Assembly (NCBI RefSeq): GCF_018977255.1
Contig: NW_024704742.1
Coordinates: 63,924,001 to 63,988,000, forward strand
Direction of reading: 5' to 3'
DNA from: Callorhinchus milii
Taxonomy: Eukaryota
DNA: 64,000 nt
Positions 50,401-64,000 of the stretch are shown here, piece by piece (positions within the stretch are counted from its first letter, which is position 1; each line of letters opens with the position of its first letter). A program made the translations under genes and the position numbers. The notes beneath the pieces were generated by a model that saw only the letters and a list, made by a program, of their open reading frames with translations, was not told where the DNA came from and ran no database searches.

Positions 50401-52844
50401 AATTAAACAACAAAGCTGCATTAAATGAAGGTGCCTGTGGTTCCAGCACCTCAGCATGCAGACTTCTGATGATTTAGAAGTCTCAACATCCTTTAGATTC
50501 AATGCAGTTTTCTGTCTGAATGGCTTTCACGTCGCAATGCCACACTGTAGACGCCTTCACGTGGATGTGGCTCTCAAACAGCTCAAGGCATGAACTGCTT
50601 ATGAAATCCCTCAAGTAATGATCACTCACTTCCTGATTGTGGGGTATGGCTGTGCGCAAATTGGCTGCCCTGTTCAACTAGGAATTACACAGGCACTACA
50701 CTTTACAGAATATTCTCTGAAGCACTTTGAGACATCCTTCTGATATGATAGGTGCTATATAAATTGTTGCTGTTTAAAGCTGATAATGACTATGTTGCAT
50801 TATTGTCTTCTGCTAGATGGAGACCAGTAACTTAGATTCTGATATCAAGGTGATAATATCCAGTTTGGAACTCCTAGTCCATTAAATATGGACCACGTGG
50901 AGAGACAGGAGAACTTTGTGGGAACTGAGTTTGTTATACTGAGGCTTATCAGATTAGCAGATTAAAAAAAAGCAACATTATATAGCTCCCTTCACCAAGG
51001 GTAATATTTTGAAGTGCTTAATAAGCTAACAGGCAAAAATAAAGTGATGTCACATTCTAACTCAATATGCTTTTGATGAGGGAGGTAACACAATTTTTCG
51101 ATTGAGGTTTAAATTCTTGCTTACAGAAAAGTTTGGGGTATTAATAAAGAGGCATCGTAACAAGAAATTTATGCTTTGGAAGCCAAATAAGTATATACCT
51201 CGACCTGTCAACAGGAGAGTTTGATAGTTTAGACTTATGACGAAAAACTAATCCTGGACAATGTATTGATGGGAAAAGGTTATAAAACAAACATTGAATT
51301 TGTGCGTTGTCCTCAGTATTTTTTCTTTAATTGCATGTCCTGTGTGTAATAATTAAGGGGCTTTTTTATTGGACGCAATAAACATCTGTTTGCTGTGAGA
51401 GTCACATAGCGTTGCTCTGGAAGCCACAAGTACACAATTAATTCAGATTCCATACCAGGCAGCAATCCCAAGAGCTTTATTGATTTAGATGCACTGGAAT
51501 TTCCTTGATCACTAGCAGCTCATTTGAACTGGCGGCTGAGAGCTTCAAATCCGAATATTGAACAAAAAATCTTGAGGATAAATTAAGCTTTCACAAGTTG
51601 TGCTGGCCAACACTTGAATCCCCAGCCCCCACTTTCTACCGATGCTGATTCTGTGTTTGCTTACGTTAGTAAAACAAATTTGGTCACTCAATCCACAGCT
51701 GTTTGTGGGACACTGCTGGGCGTATTTGGCTACCACGATTCATCCACAAGATATACAGTCAATTCACTTTACAGTATATTCTGTGAAGAACTTTGAGATG
51801 GATCAATGATGTGATAAGAGGCTATATCAAATGCAAGGATTATTATAATTATTAAATTAGTAAACGAGGACCTACAAACGCAAAGCACTGGTAAGTCTCA
51901 TGCACATATCTAGCCAGGGCTGAACACATGTCTACATCTCCAAGTCTGATTGATGGAGCACAACACCTTTTCGATTTCTGTAGACCTTTCTGACCTCACC
52001 AGAAGTCAGCATTTGTAGCCCATTCAACCCCAGGGAGATCCTCCTAATGTTCTCCTCTCCTGATGTGTTTCTTTATATGAGCCATTGTACTCATTTTATC
52101 AACTTCAAATCATTGAACCAGGATTCTAATGGTTCTTTCTCAAGTCCATCTAGGTTACCAAAATAATAATAATAATAAAAATAAAATAATTTTAACTCCA
52201 TCTCAGAGACCCTTTGCTCACCCCTTCCCTAGACTCCTTCAAAGTCCGTCTCAAGACCTTCCTCTTTGACCATGCCTTCAGTCATCTCCCACCCCACCCC
52301 TTCTCTCTTGACTCTACCCCTCCTAAATCCAACCCCCAACTCTGGTGCAAACCCTCAACTATCCCATGTCCCGTGACAAATTGGCTGCCACGCTCACCAA
52401 CATTGTATTCCTAGGCCCCCTGTGTACTTTTGCAGGCAGTATAGCAGCAATGTTGCAACTCCTCATTTATGCCAAGAGGCCCTTGCCTGATTCTGCAAAG
52501 ACAATCACAAGACATGAACATTTGCAGGTCTGGAAAGTAGTTTACAGTTTAAACTCATTTCAATCTGTGCACCTGCTGGTTATCCATTGGACGGATGCAT
52601 ATCCAGATACACTCAGCAAAAAAAAGCAAAGAAAAGCATGAAACACTTCTCAGCCAGGCCACATTTATAACATCTGAACAATACACAATACACAATATTT
52701 ATGAAACAAAGGTATATTGCATTGCTAAAATACACTTTGGGAGATTCTCCCAATGTGAAAGGCAATATGTAAAGGTATTTTTTATTGTATGTCAAATTTT
52801 AAATATAATAATGATTGAATTTCATAAAGAGTCTACACTGTAAA

Positions 52845-53235
52845 AACGTCTCAAAGCACTTCACAAGTAATAGCTGCGAAATGTTGTTGTCAAAGCAGCA
52901 GACAATTTGTGCACAGCAATGTCCCACAAACGGTCATTTGAAGTGAATGACCAATTCATTTATCTTGTGAATGCTGGCTTGGATACCGGGGGAAAACTCC
53001 CATCTCTTTCTGAATAGTGCTATACGATTTTTAACATTTACCTGAGGCAGGGAGATGGGACTTTGATTTCACGTCTTACCTGAACTATGGCACTTTATCA
53101 CTAAAAATGCAGTGATCTCCATCACTGCGCTGGAAATGCCAGCCTAGACTGTGATCTCAAGGTACTGACTTGGGGCTTGAAACCCGCAACCTTTAGACCA
53201 GGGCAAGAGAGCTATCAACTAAGTCGAGCTGATGC
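52845..53235 (-). mobile_element. DeuSINE (family B)
   Basis: Body and head ggggcttgaaacccgcaacc. Confidence 0.75.
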
Positions 53236-54039
53236 ATATACCATTCTTTATAAACAATATGGAATTGTGCAGGTATTGAGAGAAGATGAATCAGAGGGGA
53301 CCTCACAGTGGTGCATAACATTTTAAGTGTGATTGGTTCTCTGATATTATGTTCACTTCCTCAGATGTAGGCTGGCTTGCAGCACTATCCTGGAAAATTC
53401 TTCCAGTGAAAGGAAATCCTCGGCAGAACAACACTACAGAGGATGAAGTCACGAAACCGAAACATCCTGAAATAATAAATCAGCCTCAACAAGGAAAGTA
53501 AACTAAGCCCTGGCGTAGCAAATGCACAGCGCAGTGTCACATCCAGTACACTGGAGCAGACTTTTCTCAAAAGGAGGAGTGATACAGAGACTGACTTTAT
53601 TCCATCCCATTAGTAACATTCAGATGTACAAAGCTCTATTTTATAACATACACATGAAATTACTTTCCCATTCAAAAAAAGGATAAATAACAACAACAAC
53701 ATCTTGCACTTATACAGTGCCCTCCACACCGGGCAGCGTCTCAGAGAGCTTAACAGTGGCAGAGCCTGACTCCAAGCTGGAGGGAGTGGTGGAGGTGGCC
53801 GGAAGCACCGTCGAAAAGGAAGGTTTTCAGTCAGGACTTGAAAAAGGGGACAGAAGGGGAAAGGCGGAGGGATTGAGGGAAAGTGTTCCACAATTTCGGG
53901 GCATAGTGGCTGAAAGCGCAAAATAAGGATGCAAATATAAAACCTAATGTGCTTAAATTTTATTTCTGTTTCGGACTGAAAGTTTTTTTTCTTCATTTTT
54001 CTTAAATTTGGGTGAGATTCCAAGGACCACAGTAAACCA

Positions 54040-54345
54040 CAGAACTGTAGAAAGTTACAGCACAGAAGAAGGCCATTTAGTCCATCGTGTCTGTGCTGTC
54101 TCTTTTAAATAGCAATCTTTAGTCCGGTTTACCTGTCTTTTCCCCAAACCCTTGTAGTTTACTCTTTTTTAGATATCTATCTAGTTCCCTTTTGAAAGCT
54201 AATATGGATTTTGCCTCAAACACCGCACCCGACAGCATATTCCACATTCTAACCACTTTGCACATTTCACATTCTAAAAATTCTCCTAACTTCCCCATTT
54301 GCCTGTTTGCTCGCTACCTTAAATCAATGTCCTCCACCGACTCAT
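54040..54345 (-). mobile_element. CR1 3' end, old
   Basis: cagcacagaagaaggccatttagtccatcgtgtctgtgc. Confidence 0.75.
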
Positions 54346-55247
54346 AACATAGAGCCACATTATGCCATAAAGCATCAGGTTTGCAAAGAACAGGAGAGAA
54401 GAAGACAAGATAAATCAAGAAGAAATAGTCATTGCGTTAGATATAAAACCTTATCAGATCAAAATGCTCCACAGAATTGTTCTGTAAAGTGTTGTGATTG
54501 TATGTTGTAGGCGAACGCTGCAGCCAATTTGCACACAGCAATATCCAAAAACAGCCATGTAACTGACCAATTTAAAATAATCCTAATAATATTCCTTGCA
54601 TTTGATATAGCACCTGTCACATCAGGAGGATGTCTCAAAGCACTTCACAGGGTTTACTGTGTAGTGATTGTTTTTTTGTAGATAAACCAGCAGGAAATCT
54701 GAGGATAGCAATATCCAACAAATGAGGTGAAAGACTAATTTTATCTGGAGATTGTTTGCCGAGACACTGGGAGAAAGACCCTTCACTTTTTGCGTAGTGC
54801 CATGGGAGCTTTAACATCTACCTGAACACACAGATGGGACCTCGGTTTAACGTATCCTTCTAAATAGAAATAGAGAAAATGAGAGGGATTTCTGAGAGAG
54901 TAAAAGAGTGAGAGAAAAATATGAAGACCATATATGAAAAGAGAAGGATCAGATGCAGATGAAGAATCTCTAATCTGCTGCATACAATCCTTTGACAAGA
55001 GTTAATACCAGTTTGGTAGACCTTGTGCCCTCTTATGGAATTAAATGAACAGCTGATTTTCCAACGTTTTGGATGCGTGTTTTATGATTTATAAATTCTG
55101 ACAATCTCTAAACTCTGTGCTCCCCATGACCACGTTGCACTTGGAGCCTTTGACAGGATGCTCCGGCTCTACACAACTCCTTAACACCTCATTAACTCTC
55201 ACATTATTTATCTTTGTTATGAATCCCATGACGTCACCCGGCAGTCA

Positions 55248-55432
55248 AGACAACAACAACAACAACAACAAAATTCCATTTATAGAGCGCCTTTCACGTT
55301 GGGAGGACGTCCCAAGGCACTGTACAGTTGGGTCAGGATCCGAGCAGGGGAGAAATGGTCAGGGGGAGGGAAGGGAGGGAGCGAGGAGGGGGTAGAGAGT
55401 CGAGAGGAGAGCTGAAGGCACGGTCAAAGAGA
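55248..55432 (-). mobile_element. Young L2 3' end
   Basis: (CAA)n followed by gcgcctttcacgttgggaggacgtcccaagg. Confidence 0.9.
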
Positions 55433-55908
55433 GACTCTGTGACTTTCAGAGTTTAAAACCTGTCTACAGGACTAGACCCTGTTGACCTCCTCCGCAGGAT
55501 AATGTGAAATCCAGCAAACGCAGATGGGAGTAAGAAGAAAAATAAAGGGAAAGATTAAGTTTTAACCATCCTTCTCATTTCAATTGATAACCTATTGCAA
55601 GTTTCCTGAGTTGTGCACAAATATCTCCCAAACTCCATCAGTCATTTTATACCAAACAGCTCCCAGCACCCAGCCGCTGCTTGCTTTTCAAAGAATGCAC
55701 TCAGACACAGCTGGCCAATTAAACTCATTTCTGGAACCTTCTTTCCATGTTTCCAGCTGGCTGCTGATGACAGCTATTTACCAAATGCAACACAGACATC
55801 GCAGCGCTGGAACTAACCCCTTTCTGGGTTTCTGTCAACTGCGATACAGAGTCACGGTCTAAATGCACACAACAGGCAAGAACTCAGTGACCTAATGCAT
55901 GTCAATGC

Positions 55909-56200
55909 AGGTGTCAGCCTGGCTCAGTTGGTAGCATTCTCACTTCTAAGTCAGAGCTTGTGGGTTCAAGCCCCATGTCAGGGCTTTGAGCACACAGTCT
56001 AGGTTGATGCTCCAATGCAGTGCTGGAGGTGCGGTTCTTGGTTGGAATTGTCGCCCTTCAGATGTGATATTAAATTGAGGTCCTTTCTGCCTGTTCAGAT
56101 AGATATTAAAAATCCTGTAGCACTATTCAAAAAGTGAAAGAGGTTTTTTCCCACCCAATAATCCTCCAGATAAATTTGGTCATTCACTTTATGGCTGCCT
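55909..56200 (+). mobile_element. DeuSINE (family B), 5' part
   Basis: ggtgtcagcctggctcagttggtagc...gggttcaagccc and Deu motif. Confidence 0.88.
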
Positions 56201-56585
56201 TTTATTTGGTCAGTCAGCTGGGTGTTTGACACATCACCATGCTTAAGAGAATGCAGAAGAGACTGAGAGTTCCACATAGGCATGCAACTTAAGCATAGAA
56301 ATTCCTATGTGTCTGGAATGGAACTCCCACTCTCCCTGTGAGAGACACATCTGGTTTACTTAGGAGAGTATTACGTGCAGGTTGGCAAGGGCCAAGGCTG
56401 GAGGACTCCAGGGGGTTGTGGGAGTTTAACTAGCTAAGGACACATAACTTGATGCATAATGCCATTAAGAGCCCTATTTGTCAAGAACCCCCGCTTGTCC
56501 AGCTCGGATCACTCTACATATTAGCGCTTTGGCTTGCAGGGTTAACAGGAGCTGAGTAGGAAGAAAACATGGCCATAGTGAGGGA
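56200..56585 (-). mobile_element. Family U, longest copy
   Basis: All three family U segments are contiguous here. Confidence 0.75.
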
Positions 56586-56619
56586 TTAGCATAGATAGCT
56601 CCAAAACGGTTCCAATACA

Positions 56620-57080
56620 ATACAAAATTAAATTTGTATAGCGCCTCTCACATAAGGAGGACGTCCCAAGGCACTGAACAGACAGGGATTTGGACCCGAG
56701 CAGGGAGGGGGAATTGGGGTAAAGGAGGGTGAAGGGCAAGGAGGGTAGGAGAGTGCCGAAGGTGTGGTCGAGGGTCTTGAGACATGCCTTGAAGGAGGCA
56801 AGAGAGGAAGCGAGGCAAAGGGCCTGTGGATAGAGTTGCATAGGGTGGGGGCAGAGAGGCTGAAGGTTCAACCCTGGATAGTAGAGCAGCCCAGGCGGGG
56901 AACGTGAAGCAGGTCAGAACCTGCTGAGCAGAAGGAGCGGACAGGTTGATATAGGGTGAGCAGGTCACTGAGGTAGGAAGCGGCAAGACCATGGAGTACC
57001 TTGAAGGCGAGGACAAGTATTTTGAACACTATTCTCTGAGGGATGAGAAGCCAGTGGAGCCGAGCGAGGGTGGGGTTGAT
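56620..57080 (-). mobile_element. L2 3' fragment
   Basis: [25 protein letters not shown]. Confidence 0.88.
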
Positions 57081-57699
57081 GGTATACATGAGTGCCATAT
57101 GGCCTCTTTCTGCAATGTAATCTTTCTACATTTCTTTAGCAAATGTTATTCCAATAGCAAGTGTAACCTTGTTAGCGAATACTGAAAGATTTAAGTTTTA
57201 GTTTCTGAAGAGTGTAGTACATGTTTGGGAATGAAATCTGGATTGACTTCACTCATTAGAACCCACCAGATATAGCATGAGACAAATTTGAAAGCTATTT
57301 CTCTATCATGTTTTTTTACAATGTGTCGAAGGATATGGTTTATAGTATTTGGTAGCTATTTTATGATGCTATAGTTAAAGGAAATTTAATACCACCATAT
57401 TTATAAAGGTCAATTAGCGTCTTTGTAGAGTATAAAACCTTCTCTGCAATAAAGCCTGACATCATTTGAAGTGGCGACAGAATCATTGCAGGGATGGAAT
57501 GGCTGGATAGATTTGACTGGACCTCACTAATCTACAGTCACTCTGCTCTCAGCAAACAACCAGCCAATAAATGCGGTTACACATTGGCACACACATCTAC
57601 CATAATCTTGGCTTTAAAAAATACTTTCAAGTTCTGTCCTCACTTGCTTTCTGAAACAGTACTTATACAATATTATAATAATAATATTTGAGGCTAATG

Positions 57700-58376
57700 T
57701 AATAATCATAATCCTTGCATTTCATATTGCAACCTTATCACGTTGTTGAGACATCTCAAAACACATTGCAGAATATACTGTAAAGTGGATTGACTGTGTT
57801 TTGTGGACGAAACGCGGCAGATAATTGTGCACAGCAGTGTTCCACAAACAGTCGTGGATTGAGTGACCAAATTATTATTATTATTGTTATTTTTGAACTG
57901 ATTATTACCTACCTTACTGCTAGGTGAACAGAGGTATGAGGAGTAGGAAAACTTGCCTAAGGTTTCACCCTGCCTGGGAATCACACCCGGATCCTCTCGC
58001 TTGTGTGAGCGAATGCTCTATTGAGCTTTATCTTGCCATTGAAACATCTCAAAGCACTTTACAGTAAAGTCTAGTGACTGTGTGTTTGTAGGTGAGCGAA
58101 GCAGTCAATTTGCACACAACCAATTTTCTCAAACATCCAACAAGTGAATGATTAATTTTATTTGAGGCATTAGTGGCCAGGGCACTGGGAGAAATTTCTT
58201 TCTTTTATGTGCCTGGGATCTTTAATGTTCACCTGAACAGCTAGATGGGGCCCTGGTTTCCTGTCTCATCTGAAGGGCAGCGCGCCCGACATGCATTGCA
58301 CTGGAGTATTAGCCTAAACTGTGAACCAAAACCTTATGACTCGGTGGTGAGAGTGCTACCAACTGAACCAGGCTGA
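57700..58376 (-). mobile_element. SINE family A (57700-58020) followed by a DeuSINE (58040-58376)
   Basis: Characteristic heads and tails of both families. Confidence 0.8.
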
Positions 58377-59903
58377 AACCTAGGCACCAAGATTAACTTC
58401 ACCCAGATAAAGAGGTACACTGTAAGGAGATCTTAAAACTACCAAGAAATATACAGTTTATAGTTTGGGACATGACATGTGCATGCGACTGCCAGGATGG
58501 TGGAAGACGAACTGGATGGACCTCCGTCTTCTTTCGTCGAGCATTTCTTATGCTCCTCTGAATGAATGAGGTCCATTTCTGATCTAGCCTGGTGTTTGCT
58601 TGTGTTTAAGCAGACACGCTTTAGAATTGATGCGTAATTCTTTACAAGCCAGCACAAGTTTGGAACTGCTGAAACGAACCTTCTGAAATGCATTCCCTTG
58701 AGACAAATAGTCTGGCTTTAGTGCACTTGACATAAAATGATACATGGATTTATATATTTTGCAGATGACAGCTTTTAGGTTGAGTTACTTTTATTGATTA
58801 CAGGAAGTAATGAAAGATGTGCATTTTTATAGCACCTTATCACATTGAAGCGCCTCTGAGTGTTTCACAAGTAATTACTGCCACATGTAGTGGTTCGTTT
58901 TTGTAGGCAAATGTCATGGCCATTTATGCCTGCAATGGGCACAGAGACATGAGGTGAATGATCAAATGATCTGGAGGCTTGTAGACCAGGACAACTGGGA
59001 GAAATTTCCTCCTGAGGTAGAGTTATGGGATCTTTCATTCTAGCTAAACAATGGATTGGCAGGGATCCAATTTAATGTTCCATTTAATCTAGTTTAATGC
59101 CTCATTTAATGGATATCTGCAACAGTGCAACAATGACTTGCATTTCTGAACTGATCACATCTTGGAGCGCTTCACAAAGACAGGTCAGATGTCAGGCAAG
59201 GAGGAAGAGGGAGGTATAGGAGTGGTCCAAGTGGCAGGTTTGAAAGGCAGGGGTTGGGGGGGGTGGGTGGGTGGGGTGGGGGTAAGAAGGAGGGATAGAG
59301 GGAGGAAGTTCCAGTCGTTAGGGGTGTAAATCCAAAACACTCTCTGCCTACAAAATACACAGTCAATCCTCTTTACAGTATATCCTGTGAAGTGCTTTCA
59401 GACATCTCAACGACAAGGTGCTGCATCAAATGCAAAGATTATTATTATTATTAGAGTATCAGTCTGAGCTTAAAGTCCAACAATAGGCTTCTATTCACAA
59501 ACATCTGTCTCAGAGGCAAGAAAGGTCCAGCTGAGCCAAGTTAACACTGGACAATGCTCAGGGCTTTACTTTAATGCCTTTCAGAGTCAGTAATTTAAGC
59601 GCTCCGAGACAGTACTTGGCATGGAGGGCGCTACATAAGTGCAAGTTGTTGTAGTGCTTGCAATTCAAACAGCTCCCGTTATTTGCCAACAGAAAGTTCC
59701 AATTAATGCAACAAATCCAGTTAACAAATGTCACAACTTAGACCCCATTGGCTAAGGCCACGTTGATTATCCACATGTCCACCTATCTGCATTGGGCACT
59801 GACACTGTTACGTGAAGCTGTGTTACAGAGATGTGCACGAGGTTCCCAGGAATGGGACTTACCTGTGTGGTGGAGTGAACTGGCAACACAAGGTAAAAGA
59901 GCC

Positions 59904-60229
59904 ATAATAATAATCCTTGCATTTGATATAGCGCTTTTCACGTCGGGAGGACGTCCCAAAGCGCTTCACAGAATACACTGTAAAGTGAATTGACTGTATA
60001 TATGTGGGCAAACGCAGCAGCCAATTGCGTACAGCAATGTCCCACAAACAGTCGTAGATTGAAAATGACCAATTTATTATTGTTGTTTTTTTTTAGTTTT
60101 GGAGGGATTATTATTATTAGGCGTGTGGAGTAAGGAAACTTGCCCAAGGTTTCGCCCTCTGCCTGGAATTGAACTCAGGTCTCTCACTTGCAAAGCGAGT
60201 GCTCTAACCACTGAGCCACAGGACTCCAC
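59904..60229 (-). mobile_element. SINE family A, young short variant
   Basis: Near-identical to 13318-13639. Confidence 0.95.
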
Positions 60230-61129
60230 ACTTTCCATAAAGGATCATAGAGGATCAGAGACAGAAAAAGTCAAAGAGAATGAGAATCACAAATATAGAT
60301 TCATACAGACTGAGAAGTAGGAGGTTGGAGAGTCAAACAAAGAGTCAGAGAAGGGCAGGGAGAGAAATGCAGAGAGAACGAGAGACAAGGGGTGTCATGG
60401 TTTGGTAGTTGATTAACAGTTTTCTGGTTAGCACAGTGGACACAGTGTACATTGCATGATGACCAATTATTCGTACTGTTTGCTTTTATGCACAATGGGG
60501 CTGATCTCAAATAATAGTTAACCAACTCCCCACTGTATAGCTTATGAATAGTGCTGTACAATATTAGTAAGTATTGCTCAATGGCAGTCCTTCACAAGAG
60601 GGTGCAGCATAAGGGTGGGAGAGAAGTAGGACGTGTGTAATAAAACAGAAACTGTGAGCTCCTCCAGGTTAACTTCACACACACACCACACACACACTCC
60701 AGTCCAAATTATCCTGGAGTTAGATTCTAACTTTACTACTACTACGTTGCTTTTTGGAAATTCCTGAAACAAGACCTCTCTGCAGAATGAAGATTGCACC
60801 ATTGAAACAGTCTGGGGAGAGGCAGTAACTATTGCTGTGTAGAGCCTGGCAGGCATGCACTCTGTCAACATCTTGGATTCCCATTCAAATGGGTTGTTTC
60901 TATACAGGCAAAAAAATTCCAGTTTCCAAACCAGAACTCACTGAGGACAATGGTTCTTTAATACTGGAGGCCCGACAGGGGAGAGAAATGAAAGGTCTCA
61001 GAAGAACGGCGGAAACGGAGTACATCTGTCTCATCAACGTATAATAAGATGGTGGGGCGCAATTTATGCTAAATCAACTCATGTGCTGCACCTAAACTGG
61101 AATAGTTTAAATGCCTAGGGGTTTTTTGT

Positions 61130-61350
61130 GTGCTATTTGAAAAGAAAAGGGAGTTTCTCCCACTGTCCCGAACAACAATCCACTAAATAAAATTGGTCAC
61201 TCATTCCCTGGCTGTTTGTGGGATGCTGCTGTGCGCAACTGGCTGCCTCGGTTCACCCACAAAATATACAGTCAATTCACATTACAGTAAATCCTGTGAA
61301 GTTCTTTGAAACGTCTGAAAGACATGATAAGGCGCTACATCAAAATGCAT
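61130..61350 (+). mobile_element. DeuSINE 3' part
   Basis: gaaaagggagtttctccc...gataaggcgct. Confidence 0.8.
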
Positions 61351-62784
61351 TATTATGTATAGGATGTTTTTTATGTCACTCAACACATATAATGCAGGAC
61401 TCTCAGACGGCCAATGCCACACACTGCACAGGATGAAGGAAAGAATACGGAACACGTGCAAAGTGACATTCAGAAATTACTCTGGCATCACAGGTTATTG
61501 GGACTTTGTGTGTGGACACCTGTGAGAGTCTTTGTGTGTGTCATTGGATGGGTGGACGTTGGGTGTTGGGAGTGTGGCTGGTGTTTCATCCCGGTGTCCA
61601 TCTTCAAATAGATCTCCACAACTGTTAACCTGTGCCCTTGTGTTCGTCTATCATAGTGTTTCACTTCATGGCTGTTTGTGTGATATTCCTGTATGCAAAT
61701 TGGCTGCTGGGTCCACCTACAAAATATACAGTCGGTGAGAAACTAATGAACAAAGGACAGTAGATGCTTTGAGACGTCCTCCCAATGTGAAAGGCAGTAT
61801 ATCAAATGGAAGGATTACTATTATTATTGTAGAAATGTGGAATGCGCTTTTCCAGAAGACACTACAGTCGGGATTGGGATATTTAAAACAGAGATTGGTA
61901 TTTGGGAGGTAAGGGCATTTAAAGAGCAGGAAGAAAGGCGGGAAAGTTTTTAAAAAGTTGATAATAATAAATTGGGTTTGAACTAACAAGCTGATGACAA
62001 ATGCTCGGTGGGCTGAAGAGTAAAAGGAAATACAACTAATCAACATTTGCCTTGGCTGTGCCTTGAGACATCCTCCCGATGTGAAAGGTGCTATATAAAT
62101 GCAATTTGTGTTGTTGTTGAGAAACTGATGAACAAAGGACAGCAAAAATGTCAGTGTGTATGTGCGGTGGTACAGAATATAACAACAACAGATTACATTT
62201 GTATAGCGCCTTTCACGTCAGGAGGATTTCCAAAGGCACTGGACAGTCAGGAATTTGGACCCAAGCAAGGGGTTGGGATCAGGAGAGGTGTAGAGCAGGG
62301 AGAGTAGGGGTAAGAGGGTAGCCGAAAGCGCAGTGGAAGAGAAGGATCTTGCGATGTGCCTTGAAGGAGGCAACGGAGGGAGCATACAGACTGTATTAGC
62401 AGGACGAGGAACACATTTGCATTTTCAATATTATTCATCCAAAGTGAAACAAAAACAAAACAAATTTACAATTAATGCACCAAATCGGGTCTGAACTTCG
62501 CAAAGCAATTCACAAGTCAATACTGTCGAGGTCAGTGACTGAGTACAGTGGCAGTCATTAGTGCCATCAAGATCCCATCAACAGCCGTGAGGTGAACGAC
62601 CAATTAATGTGGAAGCTTATTGATCAGGAACATTGGGAGAAACTCCCTGAAAGTGGCCTAAAGGGATCCAGAATTCAGTCTGGAGTTCCAGTCGATTATC
62701 AATGGAATAACTGCTCATAACAGGGACATGAAGCAGTTAGACCAATAGAAGATGGGTGACCTGCGAAAGATATTTTGATTAACA

Positions 62785-63735
62785 TGGTGTCTGAAACGTG
62801 CATCACCATGTTTAACACTATCTAAACCAGACTGAGAGTTCTACATATCTACGTCACACACACGTGGAAATTACCATGTATATTGGAGTGAAATGCACAC
62901 TCTGCTCTTGGACAACACCACCAAATTACACTATGTTTACAACAACAAATTACACTTGTAGAGCACCCTTCATTCTAGAAAGAGGCGCTGGACAGTCAGG
63001 GATTTTTGGACACAAGCTGGGAGTTGGAGTCAGGAGGGGTGGAGGGCATGGAAGGTGGGGTTGGGAGGGTGGCCAAGCTTCACGGTCAAAGAGGAAGGTC
63101 TTTAGATGGGACTTGAAGGAGGCAAGAGAGGGGTGAAGCGAAGGGATTGCGGGATAGAGTTCCAGAGGGTGGAGGCAGAGATGCTGTTGATGCTGCAGAT
63201 ATATCCTGTTTACCTAATCCCAGAGAGTATTAGGTGGAGGTTGGCAAAAGCAAAGGATTTGGGAACCCTAGAGTGTACGTTAGGGTACTGCTGGAGTTCA
63301 ATCAGCTAAACTAGTATAGTTTCCTTACTCCATAACCCTCTGTTTACCCAGCAGTAACCCAGGACAGCAGTGGTCCTGGAGTCGGGTGGAGGCAGAGATA
63401 TAAAGTTGGGTGTCACCAAGAGGGAGCATATAGATATTGAAGAGGAGGGGAGCAAGGACAGAGCCCTGAGGAACGCCGCATGTGACGGTGCGGGGGCTAG
63501 AGGAGGAATCGTTTGTGGAGATGAAGTGGAGACGGTGTGAGAGTGTATTGTGTGAAGCGCTTTGAGACTTCTCAATGAAGTGATAAGGTGCTATATCAAA
63601 TGCAAGGAATATTATTATTGTTATAGTTTGCCATTGAAAGCATTGTTGGGCAAGCTTGTCCAGCTAGGACAACCCCACCCTTTAGGTCTTTGGTTCGCAA
63701 GGTTAACAGGGGCTGAGTGGGAAGCATCCCCACCC
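62785..63735. mobile_element. Family U fragments (62785-62915 and 63623-63735) separated by L2 and SINE pieces
   Basis: catcaccatgttt...gactgagagtt and taggtctttggttcgcaaggttaacagggg. Confidence 0.65.
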
Positions 63736-64000
63736 CAATAGTACAATTTAAATTTAACGAATGAAAATTACTTGCTCCAAGCCCGTATTCCTTGTGAAGG
63801 ACACTAAGTACATTCAGGTGGTTGTTGTATCTAGGAATAAGTTACCGACCCTGTCTCCTATTCTTCTACTCATAAGATGTAAAAAATGGGCAAGAGAAAA
63901 TAATAAAATGCAGAGAACTTTAATCAACGTGAGAAACAGAGCATTATTAAATGGAATGAAAAACTTTTATGTTTTTTATCCTAATAATTCTGTTAGATAC

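Noticed and set aside
53365..53497. + strand exon-like open segment (DVGWLAALSWKILPVKG...)
   Set aside because: Good acceptor but weak donor, no recognisable homology and no supporting chain

Overview
This is repeat-dense, non-coding eukaryotic DNA that looks intronic or intergenic. The repeat set (Deu-domain SINEs, tRNA/CORE-like SINEs with L2 tails, many L2 and CR1 3' fragments) suggests a cartilaginous fish; this is an inference. A large part of the window is retroposon-derived. SINE family A has a tRNA-Ala-like head, a CORE-like segment, a Deu-like 3' body, an L2-type stem-loop and a (TAT)n tail, with several near-identical young copies. SINE family B is an older full DeuSINE. There are also L2 fragments ending in (TTG)n, CR1 fragments, and an unclassified ~370-bp A-tailed family with about 8 fragments. 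I recognise no protein-coding gene with confidence, and the longer ORFs in the track are LINE remnants or read-throughs of repeats. Weak evidence for a minus-strand host gene comes from a phase-compatible 4-exon chain (89-10257) and a 6-nt microexon-like element with strong splice signals (21567-21572). The clearest unexplained structures are perfect or near-perfect hairpins at 9.9-18.9 kb, one of them pre-miRNA-like, plus several templated-insertion or fold-back junctions. There are no prokaryotic-type systems, CRISPR arrays, rRNA genes or intact tRNA genes. Repeat boundaries are approximate, and family names come from recalled consensus motifs rather than a database search.
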